DNA from: Parcubacteria group bacterium
GTDB taxonomy: Bacteria; Patescibacteriota; Minisyncoccia; Phycocordibacterales; Phycocordibacteraceae
Reading direction: 5' to 3'
NCBI GenBank assembly: GCA_028286945.1
Contig: JAQBQR010000028.1
Location: 1 to 51,755, forward strand
DNA length: 51,755 nucleotides
The position numbers and the translations under genes are program-made. The notes under the pieces are model-generated. The model was not told the origin of the DNA. It saw nothing but the letters and a program-made list of their open reading frames with translations, and made no database searches. Positions 46,009 through 51,755 of this stretch are shown here, in pieces; position 1 is the stretch's first letter; the number at the start of each line of letters is the position of its first letter.

Positions 46009-46037
46009 ACTGTAATTCAAGGAATGGCCAATGTCAA
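46009..46037 (-). promoter_or_regulatory. Sigma70-type promoter of small RNA A
   Basis: TTGACA (46037-46032), 17 nt, TACAGT (46014-46009). Confidence 0.7.
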
Positions 46038-46048
46038 TAGTAGATAAG

Positions 46049-46078
46049 AAAAAGGTCGACCGGGTTACCGGTCGACCA
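46049..46078 (-). terminator. Intrinsic terminator of the orphan gene 46096..46791
   Basis: GGTCGACCGG-TAAC-CCGGTCGACC followed by TTTTT. Confidence 0.8.
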
Positions 46079-46095
46079 GTTTGCGCGGATGCACG

Positions 46096-46791
46096 TCAGA
46101 GCTCGAAGCCCAGAAGCACGGCGACGCATTTTCCACGCCCCAGGAGCGTCAGCCCGGGAACAAAGCATGCCTTGAAAGCAAATTTGAATCCGAGGAAGAA
46201 TTCGCGAGCATAGTGCCCCGTCTTCGGGTACAAGAACCCGAGCCGGCAATAGAGACGTGCCAGCTGCTTCTGGTTCGTCACATAGGTTGACGCATCTTCA
46301 GCAACGAGATCGAGCCAGCGCATCGCCTCTTTTGTCTTGATATGCAGACCTGCGTAGGTCGTCGCAATCAAATAGTAGGTATGCGCCCTGTCGGTGTCCT
46401 TGAGCGCCCGCAGTTCAGATGTGTCGAGGGCCGCTTGGCACATCTTGCTTGCTAAAGTTTTGAGCTTCTCGCGTTCGCTGAAATCGAGTTCCGGCCGTTC
46501 CGCGATGTACGCGAAATAGGTCGTGATCATGTCGACGCGGTCGAAATGGTTCGACTCGAAATAGTCGTCGAAGTCAGCTGACGCGAGCACGTCCTTCTGC
46601 TGCAAGAGTTCGTCGCGCTTGGCGACAAGCTCAAAGCTGCAGCTTGGGCGCATTCGCGCGCTGTATAGCGCTACGCATAGCAGGATGAGATAGCGCTTGG
46701 GATCTTCCTGATATTTGGCGCGCGCATAGGCGACCGCTTTCGGATCACCACGCCATACGGCGTCTTTGTGCAGTTCGGCAGCTGTTGCCAT
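46096..46791 (-). CDS. Orphan alpha-helical (TPR-like) protein
   Basis: GAGGAG SD 7 nt before the ATG; TGA-TATAAT promoter at 46869-46877; helical pattern such as QLARLYCRLGFLY..G; own terminator. Confidence 0.7.
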   Translation of the reverse strand: MATAAELHKDAVWRGDPKAVAYARAKYQEDPKRYLILLCVALYSARMRPSCSFELVAKRDELLQQKDVLASADFDDYFESNHFDRVDMITTYFAYIAERPELDFSEREKLKTLASKMCQAALDTSELRALKDTDRAHTYYLIATTYAGLHIKTKEAMRWLDLVAEDASTYVTNQKQLARLYCRLGFLYPKTGHYAREFFLGFKFAFKACFVPGLTLLGRGKCVAVLLGFEL

Positions 46792-46908
46792 CGTTCGTCT
46801 CCTCGTTTTCTACTAGGGAAGGGAAATCTGTTATACGTATTCGTGTTGAGAAAGGCCGCTCAACGCACATTATATCACGTAAACCCCGTATGTAAAATTT
46901 CGCTAAGT

Positions 46909-47044
46909 AAAAAGAAAATCGGCTGCAGCTGGGGGGAAAAGCTGCAGCCGACCATTTCTCGCTCCCGATACTCAACTAGGGGCGAGTATCCGCGCAGGGT
47001 GGGGGGCCGAGCGGGGCCCTGCGCGAAATCGTATGTACGGTGCT
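46909..47044 (-). ncRNA. Putative small RNA B (paralog of 45884..46002)
   Basis: Follows TTGAAA-17-TACAGT; begins AGCACCGTAC; TTCGCGCAGGG/CCCTGCGCGGA stem; GATACTC/GAGTATC hairpin; terminator TCGGCTGCAGCT/AGCTGCAGCCGA + TTTTCTTTTT. Confidence 0.6.
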
Positions 47045-47050
47045 TCCCGC

Positions 47051-47079
47051 ACTGTATCAGAGTGCCTTGAGGTTTTCAA
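47051..47079 (-). promoter_or_regulatory. Sigma70-type promoter of small RNA B, embedded in the dnaE 3' end
   Basis: TTGAAA (47079-47074), 17 nt, TACAGT (47056-47051), with an extended TG. Confidence 0.6.
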
Positions 47080-50000
47080 TAGCTATGGTAGTTTCGCCAT
47101 TTCGCAGAGAAACGTTGCCTTTAATGAGTACGCAGGTGCCCGGTACAATCAGCGCCATATGTTCTTTGAAAAGTTTCGGGAAGATAACACCCTCAATGGA
47201 ATCGGTCATATCTTCAAACGTAACGAAGGCCATACGGTCGCCGCCCTTGGTGAGATGAATCTTTGTTTCCATGATGAGCACCGGAAGGATGATGGTGCGT
47301 CCTGGCAATGGATCTTCTTTCGTGCGCTTTAGATCTGTACCGGCTTTTGTGCGGTATGCCTCGTGTGCTTCGAGCGGGTGTCCCGAAACATAAATACCAA
47401 GGAGTTCTTTTTCCCAGGCAAGTTTTTCTGAAGCAGGTGTTTCTGCAAGTGGTGCAGGAAGAGTGAGTGTGGGTGCCAAAGCAAATGCGCCGAAGAGAGA
47501 GTCTTGTGGTTTCTCTGCGGTGGCGTCGCGATGGAAGGCAAGCAGCGTTTCAATATGCGTAATCAAATGGCCGCGACCTCCCGATCCTTCTGCAAAACGA
47601 TCAAGCGCACCACCTTTAATAAGTGACTCGAGTGATTTGCGGTTTAGAGACTTATTCGCAACGCGCGCAAGAAAATCTGCGAGCGAGGTGTACGGCCCTT
47701 TAGCATTTCGTTCATCAAGGATGGCGTGCGAAATTCCTTCACCAAAGTTTTTAATAGAAGTGAGACCAAAACGAATGGCATCTTCGCCGTTAGGACCGCC
47801 ACCCTTCACCACAGTGAAGTCCGTACCACTTTCGTTCACATCAGGAGGAAGCACTGGAATTCCAAGACGCGTGCTTTCTGCGACGAATATAGAAATTGAT
47901 TCAGTGTCACCAGCGTCTGCCGTAAGTACCGCCGCCATATACTCAACCGTATAATTAGCCTTTAGATAGGCCGTTTGATAGGCAACTTTTCCGTAGCAGG
48001 CGGCGTGTGCTTTTCCGAATCCGTACGCTGCGAATGGTTCAATAAGTTTCCAAAGTCGTTCGCCTTTAGCAGGAGAGAGTTTTCCATATTCAGCAAAGCC
48101 CTTTAGAAGCTTCTCTTTCTGCGCGGCCATCTCTGCAGGAATCTTCTTACCCATAGCTTTACGGAGTGTGTCAGCCTCAAGCCAGGAATATCCTCCGAGC
48201 GTAATGGAGGTGAGAAGCACGTCGTCCTGGTACACGAGGAGACCATATGACGCATCCAGATAATCCTTCATGCGCGGATCAAGGTAGGTAACTTTTTCAG
48301 CATGCATTTTTCGATCAATGTATTCAGGAATTGATTCCATCGGACCCGGACGGTACAACGCCACCATGGCGTTGATGTCGTGAATGGTCGTGGGTTTAAG
48401 TTCCTTGAGATAGCGCGTCATACCTGAACCGTTGAGCTGGAAGAGTCCTTCTGTGTCGCCGCGAGCAAGCATCTCGAATGTCTTCGCGTCATCAAGCGGA
48501 ATATTTTCAATATCAATATCAATGCCGCGCGTGCGGCGAACACATTCCACCGCGTCTGAAATAATCGCCAAGTTCTTAATACCGAGGAAGTCGAATTTCA
48601 AAAGACCTGCTTCTTCCACCGCGTGCATGTCGAACTGGGTGATGAGCTTTCCCGTCTTAGGATCAACCTGGAGCGGCGTCCAATCCGTGAGGGGAGTCGG
48701 CGCAATAACCACACCGGCGGCGTGCACACCCGTCTGACGCGCGCAGCCCTCAATCTGTTTTGCCAAATCAATGATCTCACGCGTGTCGTCATCTTCTTCA
48801 TACAGCTGTTTGAGTTCAGGCTCTATTCCAATAGCTCGCGTAATGGTCATAGGAAATCCCTGCGCTCCAAGAGGAATGAGCTTCGCAATGCGGTCACCCG
48901 TGCCGTATGAGTGACCCAGTGCGCGCGCCACGTCACGCACGGCAGCGCGCGCCATCATGGTGCCGAACGTTCCAATCTGCGCCACATTATTTGCGCCATA
49001 CTTTTCCTTTGCATACGCAATCATTTCGTCACGGCGGTTATCAGCAAAGTCCATATCAATATCCGGCGCCTTTGGGCGCTCAGGGTTAAGGAAGCGCTCG
49101 AAGGGAAGTTTGTACGAAATAGGGTCCACCGTGGTGATACCGGTAAGGTAGGAGACGATGGAGCCCGCGGCGGAGCCGCGGGTCGTAGACAGAATACCCA
49201 CTTTCTTTGCGTAATGAAGAAGATCAGACACAGCAAGGAAGTACGGTGCGAATCCTTTTCCGTTGATGACCCCGAGTTCGTATTCAATGCGTTCAAGCAC
49301 TTCGGAAGTTTCCTCCATACCTCGACGCACCAAACCTGCGTACGTATCTTCACGCAACATTTCCTCATGCGTCTTTCCGTCTACCGTATCCACCTTCGGG
49401 AAGTTCCAAGAACCAAGCTCGAGCGTCACGTCACAGCGATCCGCAATTTCACCAGATGCATCCACCGCCTCAGGTACATCCTCAAACCATTCGCGCATCT
49501 GATTCTCATTCACGAATGAGAAATCTTCGTCTTCACTACCGCCTCCGCCTCCAAGACCAATGCGTCGCATCACTTCCGTGGCTTCACGGTCTTCAGGCTT
49601 CAGGTAGTAGACATCGTGCTGTGCCAGAAGGGGAACGCCCGATGTTTTTGAAAGCGCCTTCAACTCCTGCATACGAGCTTCGTGCCCGGCCACGCGCGGA
49701 TGGTGAGAAATTTCCAAATATAAATGATCAGTACCAAAAATACTTTGGTACTCAGCGAGCGCTGCAGCTGCAGCATTTTTATCTCCCGCAGCCAGCAAGC
49801 GCGCAGGGTCGCCGGCGAAGGAAGGAAGAATAGCAATGAGTCCGCCTTTGAGTTCACGAAGAATATCACGGTCAATGCGCGGCTTTTCAAAAAAACCTTC
49901 TACCTGCGCTGCCGAAACTAATTTCAGCAAATTCTTATATCCTTCATTATTTTCTGCGAGCAGCACGATGCGGCTTCGCTTCGCGTCTTGGACCGGGTCC

Positions 50001-50233
50001 TTATCAAAGCGTGTTCGTGGCGCCATATATATGTCGACGCCAATGATCGGCTTTATATCTTTCTTATGTGCCGTCTTATAGAACTCAATGGCACCGTGGA
50101 GGTTTCCCGTGTCCGTAAGTGCAATGGCGTCCATCCCTGCGTCCTTAGCAGCTCCCACGAGTGCCGGCACCTTAGGAAGCGCCTGAAGGAAGCTGTAGTG
50201 GCTATGTGTGTGGAGATGAATGAAACGACCCAT
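47057..50233 (-). CDS. dnaE: DNA polymerase III alpha subunit
   Basis: HLHTHSHYS PHP domain, RGSAAGS, FERFLNPER..PDID.DF, HAAGVVI, KFDFLG, YGFGKAHA, C-terminal OB fold. Confidence 0.97.
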   Translation of the reverse strand: MGRFIHLHTHSHYSFLQALPKVPALVGAAKDAGMDAIALTDTGNLHGAIEFYKTAHKKDIKPIIGVDIYMAPRTRFDKDPVQDAKRSRIVLLAENNEGYKNLLKLVSAAQVEGFFEKPRIDRDILRELKGGLIAILPSFAGDPARLLAAGDKNAAAAALAEYQSIFGTDHLYLEISHHPRVAGHEARMQELKALSKTSGVPLLAQHDVYYLKPEDREATEVMRRIGLGGGGGSEDEDFSFVNENQMREWFEDVPEAVDASGEIADRCDVTLELGSWNFPKVDTVDGKTHEEMLREDTYAGLVRRGMEETSEVLERIEYELGVINGKGFAPYFLAVSDLLHYAKKVGILSTTRGSAAGSIVSYLTGITTVDPISYKLPFERFLNPERPKAPDIDMDFADNRRDEMIAYAKEKYGANNVAQIGTFGTMMARAAVRDVARALGHSYGTGDRIAKLIPLGAQGFPMTITRAIGIEPELKQLYEEDDDTREIIDLAKQIEGCARQTGVHAAGVVIAPTPLTDWTPLQVDPKTGKLITQFDMHAVEEAGLLKFDFLGIKNLAIISDAVECVRRTRGIDIDIENIPLDDAKTFEMLARGDTEGLFQLNGSGMTRYLKELKPTTIHDINAMVALYRPGPMESIPEYIDRKMHAEKVTYLDPRMKDYLDASYGLLVYQDDVLLTSITLGGYSWLEADTLRKAMGKKIPAEMAAQKEKLLKGFAEYGKLSPAKGERLWKLIEPFAAYGFGKAHAACYGKVAYQTAYLKANYTVEYMAAVLTADAGDTESISIFVAESTRLGIPVLPPDVNESGTDFTVVKGGGPNGEDAIRFGLTSIKNFGEGISHAILDERNAKGPYTSLADFLARVANKSLNRKSLESLIKGGALDRFAEGSGGRGHLITHIETLLAFHRDATAEKPQDSLFGAFALAPTLTLPAPLAETPASEKLAWEKELLGIYVSGHPLEAHEAYRTKAGTDLKRTKEDPLPGRTIILPVLIMETKIHLTKGGDRMAFVTFEDMTDSIEGVIFPKLFKEHMALIVPGTCVLIKGNVSLRNGETTIAIENLKAL

Positions 50234-50278
50234 TAATGATGATTATACCTGCATTGTCGTAAGTGCTAAAATTTGGAT

Positions 50279-50896
50279 ATGACGGAGAAAGAAATCTTGG
50301 ATACTATTCGTTCCGATTCAGAGAGAATGTCCATTTTAAAAGCTGTTTCAGAGCTTAAACTATCTGACTGGTGGATTGGAGCGGGATTCGTGCGAAGTGC
50401 TGTATGGGATCATCTGTTCGCAAAAGGAAACCATACAAAGCTGAATGACGTGGACGTGGTGTATTGGAAATCACTCGACTCATATGGAATTCCTGAAGAA
50501 ACACTGATTTCTGTACTGAAAAAAGATGAAGCTAATCCTGTATGGGACGAAGAGCGTTTTTATCAAGAAAAACTCTCCTCATTCGTTCCTGGATATGAAT
50601 TTGAAGTAAAGAATCAAGCGCGCATGCATTTGTGGTCGGGGAAGTTAATTGAACGTGAGCCATACCTAACGGCAGCAGAGGGAATCGCCGACTGGGTTGA
50701 GACGGCTACGACTGTCGGCGTGCGTTTAAATGAGGGTGGAGAATTAATATTCACTGCTCCTAATGGTATTTTAGATTTAGTGAATGGAATTATTAGACCG
50801 CGAAAGAAGGAACTAACCGAAGTCACCTTAGAACGTACGGCAAAAAAGAATTGGTTAACGCAATGGCCGGGACTTCATTTCGAAGATGCTATATGA
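50279..50896 (+). CDS. Nucleotidyltransferase-family protein (DUF925-like)
   Basis: WWIGAGFVRSAVWD, DVDVVY, EVKNQARMH, ETATTVGVR, APNGILDL, W...WP.L. Start set from TGC-TAAAAT 6 nt upstream. Confidence 0.85.
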   Translation: MTEKEILDTIRSDSERMSILKAVSELKLSDWWIGAGFVRSAVWDHLFAKGNHTKLNDVDVVYWKSLDSYGIPEETLISVLKKDEANPVWDEERFYQEKLSSFVPGYEFEVKNQARMHLWSGKLIEREPYLTAAEGIADWVETATTVGVRLNEGGELIFTAPNGILDLVNGIIRPRKKELTEVTLERTAKKNWLTQWPGLHFEDAI

Positions 50897-51477
50897 GTTG
50901 GGTAGTTGGAATTGACGAAGCAGGGCGGGGCCCGCTTGCGGGCCCCGTGGCGGTGGGGCTCATTCGTGCACCCGAATCCTTCGACATTCTTGCAGCATTT
51001 CCCGGCCTCAATGATTCGAAGAAGCTCACGGAAAAAGCTCGGGAACGTCTTTTCGTACTACTTGAAGAGCGGGTGAATGCTGGCGACATCTCATACTCCG
51101 TTGAACTGCGCTCGGCAGAAGATATTGATACGAAGGGAATTGCCGTTGTGATTCGCGACTCCATTAAAAGTGGTCTTGAGGCACTTTGCGATGAGGAAGA
51201 TAAGGAAACGAAAATTTGGCTCGATGGTTCTCTCAGTGCGCCTGTTCACTACACCCAAGAAACAGTCATAAAAGGTGACTCGCTTATTCCTTCAATCATG
51301 CTCGCATCCATTGCAGCGAAGGTAACTCGTGACCGACTCATGTGCGGCGTCGACGCACAGTATCCGCAGTACGGATTCGCCAAGCATAAAGGGTACGGAA
51401 CGAAGTCACATATGGATGCACTACGCGTCCATGGACTTTCCGACATGCACCGCAAGACATTTATTCACTTTGTATAA
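50893..51477 (+). CDS. rnhB: Ribonuclease HII
   Basis: GIDEAGRGPLAGPV, DSKKL, KGD, ASIAAKVTRD, HKGYGT, HRKTF. Confidence 0.95.
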   Translation: MSWVVGIDEAGRGPLAGPVAVGLIRAPESFDILAAFPGLNDSKKLTEKARERLFVLLEERVNAGDISYSVELRSAEDIDTKGIAVVIRDSIKSGLEALCDEEDKETKIWLDGSLSAPVHYTQETVIKGDSLIPSIMLASIAAKVTRDRLMCGVDAQYPQYGFAKHKGYGTKSHMDALRVHGLSDMHRKTFIHFV

Positions 51478-51509
51478 AAATAGTCGGCGGGAATGAATCC
51501 CCGCCGACC
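51476..51509 (-). terminator. Intrinsic terminator convergent with rnhB
   Basis: GTCGGCGGGGATTCATTCCCGCCGAC followed by TATTTTT on the minus strand. Confidence 0.7.
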
Positions 51510-51755
51510 CGTATGGTGTAGCACCGAAGCGCTACGAGGTATGTACAGATGTCTTAGCCCAACATCCGTGAATGTGCATGCGTTCCCTCGTTTCCGAGGT
51601 GACTAAACGCACGCGCGTTCATGAAGGTGCGGGTGGCTTCAGCCGCTTAGGTTTCCCCGGCGGCGCCCCATCATCGGTGAAATTCGTCTGCTTGAGAATA
51701 AACGCGGGCATGATGCGGCCCCTTACTGACTTGAGTTCTCACTAGGACGAATCGA
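51510..51755 (-). ncRNA. Possible structured RNA or structured 3' UTR (5' end outside the window)
   Basis: Consecutive minus-strand helices with GAAA and cUUCGg tetraloops, ending at a terminator. Confidence 0.4.

Noticed and set aside
45857-46037. T-box or attenuator leader for thrS
   Set aside because: No T-box consensus is visible. thrS has its own TGC-TATCCT -10 downstream of the terminator, and the element has a paralog at 46909-47044 that is not next to thrS.
1-51755. Alternative genetic code (UGA=Gly, code 25)
   Set aside because: Conserved genes are full length under code 11, and TGA ends genes such as dnaE at the expected position.

Overview
Bacterial chromosome segment using genetic code 11. 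It looks like Patescibacteria/CPR, probably Parcubacteria. That assignment is an inference from the shortened PheS/PheT/ThrS/EF-Ts/RF1, the split transketolase, the multiple type IV pilins, the large GIGTT-repeat surface protein and the near-absence of Shine-Dalgarno sites. The window holds a glycolysis/non-oxidative pentose-phosphate cluster (gap, rpiB, rpe, tkt N+C, transaldolase, PfkB kinase, class I aldolase) and translation/replication genes (rplY, rpmE2, prfA, rpsB, tsf, tRNA-Thr, pheST, gyrB, thrS, dnaE, rnhB). It also has many envelope genes: a peptidase-S74 giant surface protein, two pilin cassettes, a lytic transglycosylase, a GtrA/CarS-like cluster, two propeller + CARDB gene pairs, a GT2 and a sortase module. 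I found no CRISPR array, integrase, transposase or reverse transcriptase. Main unexplained signals: (1) two paralogous small-RNA units, each with its own promoter and terminator, flanking an orphan helical protein at 45.9-47.1 kb; (2) a sortase beside a protein whose IPYTG-TM-RRR sorting signal is internal and followed by a 266-aa cytoplasmic domain, with the module bracketed by identical 38-bp palindromes; (3) a tRNA-like RNA lacking canonical D and anticodon arms, with its own -10 and terminator; (4) two translation-initiation regimes, leaderless native genes versus SD-led orphan genes; (5) duplicated surface proteins with internal signal-peptide-like AHA segments and an identical C-terminal tag; (6) a structured RNA at the right edge. 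All calls come from reading the sequence by eye, and no searches were run.
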